Positions 37,746 to 50,975 of a stretch of DNA of 64,000 nt are shown here, in pieces; the first letter of the stretch is position 1; every line of letters starts with the position of its first letter. Source of the stretch: Octopus sinensis (taxonomy: Eukaryota); the NCBI RefSeq assembly GCF_006345805.1, contig NC_043002.1:68200001-68264000 (forward strand), in the 5' to 3' direction. Under the pieces are notes generated by a model. The model was not told the DNA's origin, ran no database searches, and saw nothing but the letters and a program-made list of their open reading frames with translations. The position numbers were made by a program, and so were the translations under genes.

Positions 37746-40187
37746 GCACCAGGTACATCATCATCACCACCACCACCACCACCATTTAACAGGTTTTCTA
37801 TGCTTGGATGGTACAATGAAAGCTGATAAGCCAGAGGACTCAATTGAGCTCATATGTCAGCTTTGGTATGAATTCTATGGATGGATGCACTTCCTAATTC
37901 CTACAACTTTACAAAGTGTACTGGGGTTTTTTTTTCACGGCACCAGCACTAGTGAGGTCACCAAAAGACAAAACCCCTCAACTGAGTAGGGTAATAGTAT
38001 TGATGGAAGTGGCTTTGTGCAAATGATGAGAGGTTAAAGTGTAATAGAGGAACAGGAGTCTAGGAATAGAAAAGACACATTTGTCTTTTTACAGCATAGG
38101 ACAAGAACCAGTACATCCCAACAGAAAAGCCTGCAGTATATAAGTCCAACTGAATTATCTGTCTTTATGTTAATGTCCACTTATATTTCATGTCTCATGA
38201 GGATAATGAAATAAGAGCACAAACAAAGTACTTGAAAATGACTAAAACCAGTAAGAAAATAATTAGTGAAAGATATAACAGCCACTTAGCATTATATTCC
38301 ATCTAACAAAATTTGTTGAGTTTTTATGTCCTTTTTTCCATGTTATCATGGGTTAGATGAATATATTATTGAGATGTTGTTTTATAGTTGGAGGGGCATC
38401 CTGAGGGACGACTTAGATTATAGTTGGATGTCCTTCCTGTCACTAACCCTTATATGTTTCTCAAATAAGGGATATCTTATTCCATATCTTTGAAGAGTAC
38501 AAAGCCAGTAAGCAAACACATGTGAGGGGAAATGACAACAACATCACAGCCTTTAGCTGAGGGTTTAATCTACACAACTGTAGACAAACAAACACACACA
38601 CATTATAGGAGCAAGCATGTTTTCAGGTTCAGTTCCACTGCATGGCAACCTCCAGCCCCACAATGTGGCAAGTGTCTCCTATAACCATACAGTCACACCT
38701 ACACCTTGATTTTGCATAAAACAATCTCTGAACAGGTTCAAATCAATGCAGATGTGAAAATTTAAAACTATCTTCCTTCAAATATTCTTTCTACAGTAGG
38801 CACAAGGCTTGAAATTTTTTTTGGGGGGGGGGGCAATCGATTACATCAACCCCCATTGCTCAACTGGTATTTATTTTATCGACCACAAAGGCAAAGTCGA
38901 CCTTTGGTGCAATTTGATCTCAGGATGTAAAGTCAGAAGCATTTTGCCTGGTGTGTTAATGATGCTACCAGCATACCACTTTTGTTCCCATTAACATTCA
39001 GATTACTCTGTCTAATGTAATGCCTTTTTATTCACATTGTTTTGAATTAATCATTCATTATCTTGTAGCTTTTAGATTACAATGATGTAGCTGTTCATTT
39101 TTAGAATGACATTGTAGGTTAGGTGCGAAAGGCTTGAGATGGCCAGTTTGAAGATAAAATAAGTAGAATATTTGGGCTGAATATGACCAGTTTAAATGCT
39201 AAAGGATTAAATGTAAAATGTAATACACAGGTACAGATGCCTTCTTTAAAAGACCACTCTATGGAAAACAGCAAAATTACAGCATAAAGAAACCTTTGTT
39301 TACGTTATAGGACAACAGAAGAATGACAACACTCATTATTTATAAGATAAAATGGATCATGATGTTTACTCGATTAATATCTGAGAAGTTATGAATAATG
39401 ATTCATCAAGCTCTGTTGAGACACATGCTTGACAAAGCTGTTTTGAAGCCATTGTCCATCACCTTTAATGTCAATCAATATGCTAGAACAAATACGGAGT
39501 TACTAGATTATAATGCAATCTTTAAAACATAGTATAACAAAGCAGTGACCATACAAGGCCAAAACTTATGAAAAGGGGCTGGAATTATAAAGAGCTCAGA
39601 GTAAATATGACATGAATCAAATAAATGCTAACATGTGATAACATGTCTAAATATAAAGACACATAAACATGGAAACAGCTTAGTTTCGCTTTTGCATATT
39701 AGTTGTGTGCAGGCGACAACATTAACAGATGCAGAACAAATGCAGCAAAAGTTGTAGCACTAACTTGAAGTGTATGATTCACATATTAATTACATGAGCT
39801 GGCAATAATGTAATGAAATGCCTACAGCAATAAACTATAGTCCCTTGCACTAAGACCAACTTCTACCTCTCTGGGTTAATAAATTAGAGTACCAGATGAG
39901 TACATGAATCAATTAGATATTTCTATAAGGCATTCTATATGTAAATGAAGTTTTAATTATTATACGAATATAGCAGTTGGGCTACATGTTTATACAGTTA
40001 TTTCCTGGCGTGTTTGTTTGTTTTTTTATTTTGTTTTTTTTTTGTTTTTGTTTTTTTTTTTAATACGAAAGTTAATAATGATGTATGCATTGCTTACTAC
40101 GGCTGAAAAATTTTATAAATAATGTAAGGAATGTAAGGAAGTGACAGAAATGAAGGGAGATAATCTGACGGCAGCATTACAATTAAC

Positions 40188-40745
40188 ATCATCATCATCA
40201 TTTAACGTCCGCTTTCCATGCTAGCATGGGTTGAACGGTTCAACTGGGGTCTGGGGAGCCCGAAGGCTGCACCAGGCCAGTCAGATCTGGCATTGTTTCT
40301 ACAGCTGGATGCCCTTCCTAACGCCAACCACTCCGAGAGTGTAGTGGGTGATTTTATGTGCCACCGACACAGGTGCCAGACGAGGCTGGCGAACGGCCAC
40401 GCTCAGATGGTGTTTTTTATGTGCCACCGACACAGGTGCCAGACGAGGCTGGCAGACGGCCACGCTCGGATGGTGTTTTTATGTGCCACCGACACAAGTG
40501 CCATATGAGGCTGGCGAACGGCCACGATCGGATGGTGTTTGTTACGTGCCCACAGCACGGAGGCCAGTCGATGCGGTACTGGCTACGGCCACGTTCGGAT
40601 GGTTTTCCTGTGTGCCACCGGCACTGGTACCACAAAGATACAAATTCCATTGATGTTCATCTATTTTGATTTTTTGATTTTCACTTGCCTCAACAGGTCT
40701 TCACAAGTGTCACACACTTGCCTCAACAGGTCTTCACGAGTGTCA
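40188..40745 (-). mobile_element. RTE 3' UTR-only copy with 4-5 tandem 62-66 bp modules
   Basis: catcatcatttaacgtcc..ccatgctagcatgg tail; module starts at about 40356, 40419, 40481, 40544 and 40610. Confidence 0.9.
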
Positions 40746-42989
40746 TAAGAAGGAAGGTAGCAGTGCCAAAATATTTAAAAATATAAAATAGTCAGCGTAA
40801 GAGACAATGAAGAGCAGGGTGTGAGAATGCTTGTGTAAATGTTGTTCAGTACAAAGTCAGTCCTGATGAAACAGGCACGTAATCAAAGGCATTCCAGCCA
40901 TGACCAACTCATCGTAGGCACAGTTCACCAAGGATGTTATACAACATACTTCTTTTAAGCCAGTAGGGTATAATTTGAGAGAGATTTAGTTGCTATTTCT
41001 AGAAGACAGAGCAACCATGTAAAGGCTCCACTGTAATTAGTGTAGAAAAATATGGCAATTATAATAATTAGCAAGAAATTTTTTTTTTGAAAAACAACAA
41101 AAACAAGTAATTTTATTATATATCATTAGGCACCACTCAAGTCAAAATAATCAACACCAGTACAAGTCTAATTTTAGAAACTATTATAAAAATAGACTTC
41201 ACATAAATAAAAGCTGTTTTCTTCCTTTGTTATAATCCAGTTTGTACAAATAAATGCAAAGACCAAGAGGGTGGCCATGCTGGGACACTACCTTGTTTGT
41301 TTGCTTTTTTATATATATCTTTTAATCAGGGGGGGCAATACCTGTGACCCTTTACAAGGACCTCAAGACTGGCAGGGAGAAGAGAGAGAGAGGAAGGTGC
41401 CCTCAAATCCGAGACCTAAATCAAAATGCTCGCAAAAATGAAAAGCACCCATTAAAAGCTCTCATGGGTCAGGTGGTGATGTTAAACCAGGCAGAGAATT
41501 GTCTACCATCCAAGTAGGCTGGGATTTGAACTTTGGACACAAAGTGTTGAAATGAATGCTGCAAAGTAACTCGTTTGATATTCAAACATTTCTGATAGTT
41601 CACTCTTGTAGAGAGGTATTTTATTTAGCAACCCTAGAGGAATGGAAGGCAAAGTTGACACTAACTGGAATTGAAACCAGAATGCAAAACATCTCATCTG
41701 ATACTGTAACAACTATGCCAGTGTAATCCTAAGCATAAAGCAGTCAATCCAATAATACTCTGTAAATTTCAAGGTTGAGTGGTTGTAAATATGAGAGAAA
41801 ACCAATTGAAAAAGGTTTCCAGTAAAATTCATGCAGATATTTATACTTGCTATACCATTTTATCAGTCAAATGACATTCGTTGTTGACAATGGTAAGACA
41901 ATATATAAGAAAGAGAGGAGGGAAATATAAGTAATTAACTATTTCAACAGAATACAAGTATGAAGAAACACCTCCACAGACTTGAACGAGGGGGCCAACT
42001 TTACCGATTAAAGTAATTAGGAAAATAAACACTAAGCAGTAGAAATGTACAGGTAGGCCTGAATTAATCCTGTAATCAATACCAAACTGTAACAAAGGTA
42101 AAAGGGATGAAAAGAGAGTGTGCATGAGAGAGATAGAGAGCTAATGGTGTAGACAATAGAACTAATAGAGAAAATGAGAGTATTAATTCATCGCTTCTGT
42201 ATGCAAATGAAATGAGCAAGACCAGACTGTTGTGTGTGTGTGTGTGATGCAGAATGGGAAACGAGGATGCATAAAGGAAAACAAATGACTGACTACAAAT
42301 TGCCTGACCATGAGAAGGCTGCTTTAATATTTCAATTAATTAAGAGATTCATCAGAAGTATGATGCATGACATGACCTTAGGACTTAATCGGTGAAACCA
42401 GACTTTGTGAAAGCTAAAAATAAACTGGGTTTATGTCAGGTTTCATTTACTGTAAATGCAATGTGAATTAGCAGATGGATTACATTTAAACAATCCATTG
42501 TATTGGAGATATCTGCCATAACTCACGAGAAACTGAAACACTATAGACATGCGAGGAACAAAGTAAAAAAAAAATGTAAGAATACCCTATAGAATAACAA
42601 TTGTTTACCATTGTAACAGAGTATAATTTATCTAAAAAGATATATTTTCATCAGGTTACTTCAACTTGTAAACAGAATGTGAGAATATCAATAAAAATAA
42701 TGTTCAACATGATGACATAAGATAATTTTATTATTATTTTTAGAGGTATTAATTTTGAAATCTATAATGGAATGAACTGTTAATTTTCTCTTCTTTAATT
42801 AATCGTTTCAAATCTGGCAAGAAGTCAGCAATTTTATGGGGAGGAGTCAACCAAAACCTAGTGAATGGATTTGCAAGAGGGAAACTGAAAGAAGCCTGCT
42901 GCATGCATGTGTGTATGAATGTGTATGAGTATGTATGTATGTATGTATGTACATATGTACGTACATATGTGTGTACGTATGTATGTATG

Positions 42990-43758
42990 CCATTATTCAG
43001 TTTTATTTCAAGATTTTTTGCCAATAGGGAAAGAGCCAGTTTCTAATCTGGATCCAAGGCTCCTTCATTGGAATTTCAACAACATCAACAGTTTATTTGT
43101 GCACGTATGTGCATGTGTATAGTATTTGGAATCAATGCATGTGTAGACTTGTAGGTTTTGCTTTGTGTATGTATTCTCATGCATATAATTGCCTATGCCG
43201 ACATGCTCATATATGCTTAAATGATAAACTTCTGGAAAGTTTTACAGTTCCAGTGAAGGCTTGGATCTGTAGTATTCAAATCAGCTTTCTCCTTTCTGGT
43301 TTTGAGAAGCCTAATTTCTCATGAGTGATACTTAGGCAGTGTGTTACATATCCCAGTACCCCCAAAATGAACTTGTAATCTGAGTAGAGTAACAGTAGAC
43401 TTCTCAATAGTTCAGCACAGGTATTTTCTTTTTCACTGATCTTTAGCTTTATGTTAACATCCACTGGGGAGCTGATTTCCAAAACTGTATACAGTTTCTC
43501 TTCTGTCCCAAATCATATCAGGTCTATTGTGTTTACATTTTATTGAGGTTTTCACTGGAATATTCCACCAATACTCCTTATCATGAGTGGTTATGGCTTC
43601 TACTATACTCTAGGCTCCTATTTCTTTGGCCTCGGGGTCATCCTTCCAATGGATTTCATTAAACAGTGTCTTATCTACAAAATCATGTCTCATTGATAAT
43701 AGATGATAATGTGATGACATTTTTGGACAATCACTTATGATGTGGGTGATATCTTCAG
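42990..43758 (-). mobile_element. Relic 3' end of an RLE-type (R4/Dong-like) non-LTR retrotransposon
   Basis: Minus translation EDITHIISDCPKMSSHYHLLSMRHD..EYWWNIPVKTSIKCKHNRPDMIWDR/EKLYTVLEISSPVDVNIKLKISEKEN..GVLGYV: end of the CCHC knuckle, RHD, and PD..E..K restriction-like endonuclease motifs. One stop and one frameshift. Confidence 0.8.
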
Positions 43759-44320
43759 TATGTATGTATGTGCGTTTGTATGCATATAATCATATGTGTG
43801 TGTGTCCCCTTGCTTTGATAATTGTAAATGAGTGACACCAACAGGCAAGTGGTATCCTTCATTTCCAATCTTCCATGAAAACATGTCTGGTCAAAGGGAG
43901 ATATTACTTTACTTGAAAACAGGCAGGGGTTGGTGACAGGAAGAGCATCCAGCTATAGAAAATCCACCTCAACGAATTCTTTCTGATCCATACAAGCATG
44001 GAGGAGTGGAATTAAAACAATGATGAGGAACTTCACTACTCAACTGGTACTTATTTAACTGACCTCTGAAAGGGTGAAAGGAACTGTTGACCTCAGCGAA
44101 ATTTAAACACAGAATGTAAAAAGCCAGAAGAAATGCCACTAAGAATTTCATCCAGTAGACTAAAGATTCTGCCAATTGACTGCCTTAATCGTCAAATATT
44201 TAGACAGGCCATAGCCAACCCAAATACTCAACCTCTTTCATGTTCAAACCAAGCACATCTGGACTTTCACTCCTACCCTGCAAAGTCATTTCAAAAATAA
44301 AGAAGCAGGTAGGTGCAGGA

Positions 44321-44795
44321 GTGGCTGTGTGGTAAGTAGCTTGCTTACCAACCTCATGGCTCTGGGTTCAGTCCCATTGAATGGAACCTTGGGCAAGTGT
44401 CTTCTACTATAGCCTCGGGCCGACCAAAGCCTTGTGAGTGGATTTGGCAGGTGGAAATTGAAAGAAGCCCATCGTATGTATGTGTGCTTGTTCTCCCCAC
44501 CATTGCTTGTGTGTGTTTATGTCTCCATAACTTAGTGGTTCAGCAGAAGAGACTGATAAGGCGGTGAGCTGGCAGAAACATTAGCATGCCGGTATTTCAT
44601 CTGCCATTACATTCTGAGTTCAAATTCCGCCAAGGTCAACTCTACCTTTAGCCCCTTGTGGGAAATAAAGAAATAAGAAGAGACCGGTAGAATAAGTACT
44701 ATGGTTACAAAGAATAAGTCCTGGGAGCGATTTCTTCGACTAAAGGCAGTGCTCCAACATAGCTGCAGTCAAATGACGGAAACAAATAAAAGAAT
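44321..44795 (+). mobile_element. CORE-like SINE with a nested Meta-like SINE (about 44560-44678)
   Basis: The host SINE resumes after the insert, with an approximately 12-bp TSD aagagactgata/aagagaccggta. Confidence 0.82.
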
Positions 44796-45318
44796 ATCAC
44801 CAAAATCTCAAATCTACGATACAATGCATGATTACTTCAAAAGAATTTGAATAAATAATTATTATATTTGGCAGAGTTGATTCCTTTAAATAATCAAAAC
44901 TATCTGGTCTCAAGTTTCTCTTGGTTCCGTCCTAATCCCATAACTATATCAGACTATCTTACGTAATTGTTTTTAATTGAATCAGCTGTGTCATGTACAA
45001 ATTATATCAAGTTACAAATTATATTATTTCAACATTTGCAGTTATGTCATGAAGAAGTCTGCTTTGCAGCCATCTGGTGCCGAGTTCAATCTCGGCCACA
45101 AAGGGCATGTGTTTTCTATCATGGTTATGAGTTGACCAATGCCTTTATGGTGAGAAGAAAAACACCTGTCTGTAGAAGACTCTCCATTCCTAACATACTT
45201 TTGTTTGTCAACAATGCAAACATGAAAAAGGAGACAGTAAAATAATTATGATGATTTTATATATGAAGTGAGTATCAATCAATTGCACACTCACACACAC
45301 ACATATATATATATAGAA

Positions 45319-45703
45319 GCAGGTGTAGCTGTGTGGTAAGTAGCTTGCTTACCAATCATATGGTTCTGGGTACAATCCCACTGCGTGGCACCTTGGGCAA
45401 GTGTCTTCTACTATAGCCTCGGGCTGACCAAAGCCTTGTGAGTGGATCTGGTAGACGGAAAGAAGCCCATTGTATATATATATGGGGGGGGAGCGGGAAT
45501 GTGTGCATGTGCTTGTGTGTTTTTACCATACCATCGCTTGACAACCGATGTTGGTGCATTTACATCCCCGTAACTTAGCAGTTTGGCAAAAGAGACCGAT
45601 AGAATAAGTACTAGGCTTACAAAGAATAAGTCCTGGGATTGATTTGTTTGACTAAAGGTAGTGCTCCAGCATGGCCACAGTTAAATGATTGAAACAAATA
45701 AAA

Positions 45704-45706
<3 letters not shown>
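45319..45706 (+). mobile_element. CORE-like composite SINE
   Basis: Same family as 35273-35659. Confidence 0.85.
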
Positions 45707-45752
<46 letters not shown>

Positions 45753-45787
45753 TATGTACATATATCTATCTATATCTACCTATATTA

Positions 45788-46959
45788 CACGGGTTGGACA
45801 AAATGGTGGAAACACCTAGCATCATAATTTTGAAATAACTATAAAACCGTCAAAAATTTGTTTATTTTTATGTTTCTTGATTTATTATTATTGCTGCTTA
45901 ATATGTTTTGCTAAAATTTCTGTTTCTTTTCAGATATTATCAGAAAAAGGTAATTAAAATTCATTAAAATGACAGATTTATTGAATTTTCAAAGAGGTCA
46001 AATTGCTGGTGCTTGTATGGCAGGCGCTAGTGTAACGAAAACAGCCGAAATCTTTGGTGTATCAAGAAGTACCATCTCGTTGAAACAAAACTTTGGAAAA
46101 AAAACAACTTTCAGATAGGAATCTTTGCACTCTTATGCAAATTGTTAGAAAGGATCACAAAAGTACAGCTCCCAAAATTACTACAGAGCATAATGACCGC
46201 CTCAAGAACCCAGTTTCCACAAAAACTGTTCGCCAGGAGCTGCACAAAGCCAGATTTCACAGAAGGGCTGCAACCAGAAAACCACTACCTTCAAAAACAA
46301 ACACTGCAAAGCATTTAGAGTGGAGTAAAAACCTACAGAATTGGTCCCTAGAGCAGTGGAAGAATGCTATTTTCTTGGACGAGTCATCCTTTATCTTATT
46401 TCTGACCACCGGCCAAGTAGTGGAGACAGCCAAAAGAAGCATTTGACCCAGACTGCCTTCTTCCAATTGTTAAACATGGAGGAGGATCTGTAATGATTGG
46501 AGGCAGGGAGCTATATCTTGGAAATCTGCTGGCCTAATGGTTTCCCTTCATGGCAGAATTAATAGTCAAGACTATTTAAGCATTTTATCTGATCAAATTC
46601 ATCCTATGGTTGTTGAACTGTTTCCAGAGGGAATTGCAATCTTACAGGGTGATAATGCACCAATTCACACAGCTAAAGTTGTTACTGAATGGCACAAGGA
46701 ACATTCTAGTGAAATTGAACATCTTATCTAGCCCCCATGGTTTCCAGATCTTAAAGTTATTGAACATTTATGGTGCATTTTAGAAAAACAAGTAAGGAGT
46801 CGATATCCTCCACCATCATTACTACAAGAACTGAAGACTGTTTTAGCTGAAGAATGGACAAAAATTCAAGCTGTAATTACTGCCAAAGGCAGTCCTACTC
46901 ATATTAAAATAAATTTGTTTGAAATTTTAAGGTGTTTCCATTATTTTGTCCAACCCCTG
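45788..46959 (+). mobile_element. Decayed Tc1-like DNA transposon (DD36E spacing in this copy)
   Basis: TIRs cacgggttggacaaaatggtggaaacacct and (rc) caggggttggacaaaataatggaaacacct, with TA on the left. Transposase remnants from ATG 45969: HTH MTDLLNFQRGQIAG..IFGVSRSTIS, IFLDES, KHGGGSVM, GDNAPIH, PDLKVIEHLW. Stops and frameshifts present. Confidence 0.93.
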
Positions 46960-47810
46960 TTGGACCAGGTCATGTGGCGAGAATGGATGAGGATAGCTGT
47001 GTGAAAAAATGCCACACCCTAGCGGTTGAGGGAACCTGTGAAAGAGGTAGACCCAGGAAGACCTGGGATGAGGTGGTGAAGCACAACTTTCGAAATTGAG
47101 GCCTCACTGAGGCAATGATGAGGTGGTGCAGCCATCTGGTGAAGTATGACCTTTGAACATTGGGCCTCACCAAGGCAATGACTAAAGACCAGGACCTTTG
47201 GAAATATGCTGTGCTTGAGAAGACTCGGCAAGCCAAGTGAAACCATAACCTCATAGCCTTATGCCAAGGGTGTAACCAGAACCACTTATGTGTACCTTTC
47301 CTTCATTGGACACTAAACTCTGCTTGTGAAGACCTGTTGAAGCAAGTGAAATTAAAATCAAATTCGATGACTAGCATCCGTGCTTGTGGAGCGCTAAGAG
47401 TACCATCCGAGTGGGATCATTCCCAGAGCAACAAACTGGCTTCCATGCCGGTGGCACGTAAAAAGCACCATTCGAGAGTGATCGTTACCTGCGTTGCCTC
47501 ACTGGCACTTGAAAAAACATTCGAGTGAGGTCGTTGCCAGTGCCACTGGACTGGCTCCTGTTCAGGCAGCACATAAAAAGCACCATTTGAACATGGGCGC
47601 TGCCAGTACCGCCTGACTGGCCCTCATGCCGGTGGCACGTAAAAGCACCCACTACATTCTCGGAGTGGTTGGCGTTAGGAAGGGCATCCAGCTGTAGAAA
47701 CCCTGCCAGATCAGATTGGCGCCTGGTGCAGCCATCTGGTTCGCCAGACCTTAGACAAATCGTCCAACCCATGCTAGCATGGAAAGTGGACGTTAAACGA
47801 TGATGATGAT
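46955..47810 (+). mobile_element. RTE LINE 3' fragment, apparently internally deleted, abutting the Tc1 right end
   Basis: ctgttggaccaggt followed by catgtggcgagaatggatg (GHVARMDE region), 3' UTR modules and a (GAT)n tail at 47799-47810. Confidence 0.9.
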
Positions 47811-48021
47811 ACATACATATACATGCATATACATATATACAATATTTATGACCATACCAAGCCATGAGCTGTCAACTCACTCTTGCTCTTCATTTTAAAC
47901 AGACACAGTCCTCTTGTCTTAGATTTAGTAGTTGATAAAAAGAGAAATAAATTAGAAAACAACAACAATCCTTTACAAGCTGTGACCCCCAGTGGGCTTC
48001 ATGCCTTTCTTGAAAGTGTAC

Positions 48022-50076
48022 TATCACAAATAACTACAGAGGTATCACAAATAACTACAGAGGTATCAAGCTGTTGGACCAGGTGATGAAGGTTACGGAG
48101 AGGGTCATAGCCCAACTAATTAGAGAGAGAGTTAGTTTAGATGAGATGCAGTTTGGGTTTGTGCCAGGGAAAAGTACTACTGATGCTATATTCCTGGTAA
48201 GGCAGCTGCAGGAGAAATACCTAGCCAAAGATAAGCCCCTGTACCTGGCTTTTGTTGACATGGAGAAAGCCTTCGACAGGGTCCCCCGATCCCTTATCTG
48301 GTGGGCAATGAGAAAACTAGGGATAGATGAATGGTTAGTGAGAGCTGTGCGGGCCATGTATAGGGACGCCACTAGTAGGGTGAGGGTTGGAAATGAGTAC
48401 AGTGAAGAATTCCGGGTAGAGGTAGGGGTCCACCAAGGCTCAGTACTCAGCCCCCTCCTATTTATCATAGTCCTCCAGGCAATAACGGAGGAATTCAAGA
48501 CAGGATGCCCCTGGGAGCTCCTCTATGCTGATGACCTTGCTCTAATTGCTGAGTCGCTATCAGAACTGGAGGAGAAGTTTCAGGTGTGGAAACAAGGATT
48601 AGAATCGAAGGGCCTCAGAGTCAATCTAGCTAAAAGCAAAGTCGTAATCAGTAGGAAGGTAGACAAATCACAAACACCTTCAGGTAGATGGCCCTGCTCG
48701 ATCTGTAGAAAAGGTGTAGGTAGAAACTCTATAAGATGCACCAAGTGTAAGCTATGGACACATAAGAGATGCAGCAATGTCAAAGGAAGGCTAACTAGGA
48801 AGATGGTTTTTGTATGTGGCAGATGCTCAGGAACAATAACACTGAAAATGCTCTGAGACCAACTTCCGTCACTTTCCAGGGAGAAAAACTAGAATAGTTG
48901 ATAAGTTTCCGTTACCTAGGTGACCAAGTCAGCAGCGGGGGCGGGTGTGCTGAAAGTGTAACTGCTAGAGTAAGAATAGCTTGGGCAAAGTTCAGAGAGC
49001 TCTTACCTCTGCTGGTGACAAAAGGCCTCTCGCACAGAGTGAAAGGCAGACTGTATGATGCGTGTGTACGAACAGCCATGCTACATGGCAGTGAAACATG
49101 GGCCGTGACTGCTGAGGATATGCGTAAGCTCACTAGAAATGAAGCCAGTATGCTCCGATGGATGTGTAATGCCGGTACTCACACTCGGCAGAGTGTAAGT
49201 ACCTTGAGAGAAAAGCTGGACCTAAGAAGCATCAGTTGTGGTGTGCAAGAGAGACGTTTGCGCTGGTATGGTCATGTGGCGAGAATGGATGAAGATAGTT
49301 GTGTGAAAAAGTGCCACACCCTAGCGGTTGAGGGAACCTGTGGAAGAGGCAGACCCAGGAAAACCTGGGACGAGTGGTGAAGCACGACCTTCGAACTTTA
49401 GGTCTCACTGAGGAAATGACTAGTGACCGAGACCTCTGGAAGTGTGCTGTGCGCGAGAAGACCCGACAGGACAAGTGAGTCCACAACCCGTGGCCTTCTA
49501 CATGGGATGGAGCCAGCCTACGTATGCATACCTTCCCTTCTTGGGACACAAAACTCTACTTGTGAAGACGTGTTGAAGCAAGTGAGGATCAGAATCGAAA
49601 TCGATCAATGGAAATTGCGGATGTGCTACCAGTGCCGGTGGCATGTCGAAACTCTGCTCGTGAAGACCCATTGAGGCAAGTGAGGATCAGAATCGAAATC
49701 GATCAATGGAAATTGCAGATGTGTTACCAGTGCCGGTGGCATGTAAGAGAACTTTCCGTTCGCGACCGTTGCCAGCACCGACCTGTTTCGTGTCCGTTGC
49801 CAACCTCGCCTGGCCCTCGTGCCGGTGGCACATAAAAAGCACCATCCGTTCGTGGCCGTTGCCAGCTCTGTCTGGCACCAGTGCGGGTGGCACGTAAAAA
49901 GCACCCACTACACTCACGGAGTGGTTGGCGTTAGGAAGGGCATCCAGCCGTAGAAACACTGCCAGATTTGACTGGGCCTGATGAAGCCTTCTGGCTTCAC
50001 AGACCCCAGTAGAACCGTCCAACCCATGCTAGCATGGAAAACGGACGCTAAATGATGATGATGATGATGATGATGA
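48022..50076 (+). mobile_element. Second RTE LINE copy, 5'-truncated at the start of the RT, frameshifted, full 3' UTR
   Basis: ORF 48074-48856 is nearly identical to the RT+PHD of the 9-kb copy (PHD 48689-48826). ORF 48898-49380 is the thumb. Ends with a (GAT)n tail. Confidence 0.96.
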
Positions 50077-50975
50077 ATAGCAACAACATGATTTCTTACA
50101 TCTTGCTCTGTTAAAGTATTTGAGGAAAATTATATTAATGTGTCCAACTGATTAAAATTCTATTTAGTTGTGCAGCTACTCTAAGGGGGGTATTTTTTGA
50201 AAAATAACTTTTACCAAGAGTAGCCACCTGGTTTTGCCATTTTTGAAGGCCAAGAATCAACTCATCACTTTCTATTGAAAGAACTGACCAGCTGTAAAGA
50301 TGTAAACAGATTTGTTTCTTCTTTCTCTCTTCCCCTCTCTTTTCCTTTGACACTCCTTTCAGATGTACAGGCACACACGCACACGCACATATACACTCAC
50401 TCACAAAAATACACGCACTCTCTCACTGGACAATGATGATGATGATGATGATGATAAATCCAGACAATTTTTTGAAAAACAACTATTATCAAGACCCCGC
50501 CTCAGAGTAGCCACCTGGTTTTACCATTTTTAAAGGCCAAGAATCAACTCATCACTTTCTATTGAAAGAACTGACCAGCTGTAAAGATGTAAACAAATTT
50601 TTTCATCTTTCTCTCTTCCTTTCCTTCTCTTTTCCGTTGACACTCCTTTTAGATACAGACACACACTCTCTCTCTCACTTCTCCCGATTCCTCACCCTCT
50701 TTTACTATCCTATATCTCTCCCCACCCCTACACACTCAATAATGCTTTAAAACGAGACGAATCCTCTCAAACACATTCAAATCTGAAGAGTCTACTGGAG
50801 TAGATGCAAGCGCAAATATATGATTTATAAAAACATGTGACATTAATAAAAATCTGTAAATACAAAACCATCCAGATTTCTGAGTACCTTATTTTTTCTA
50901 ATATATAATACCTGTACATCACCACTAAACCTCCTAATATATATATATATACACACACACACACTTGTAAATATA

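Noticed and set aside
40218-40748. Overlapping repeat ORFs, and CRISPR-like periodicity of the ~63-bp units
   Set aside because: The units are RTE 3' UTR modules in a eukaryotic genome, with no unique spacers and no cas genes.
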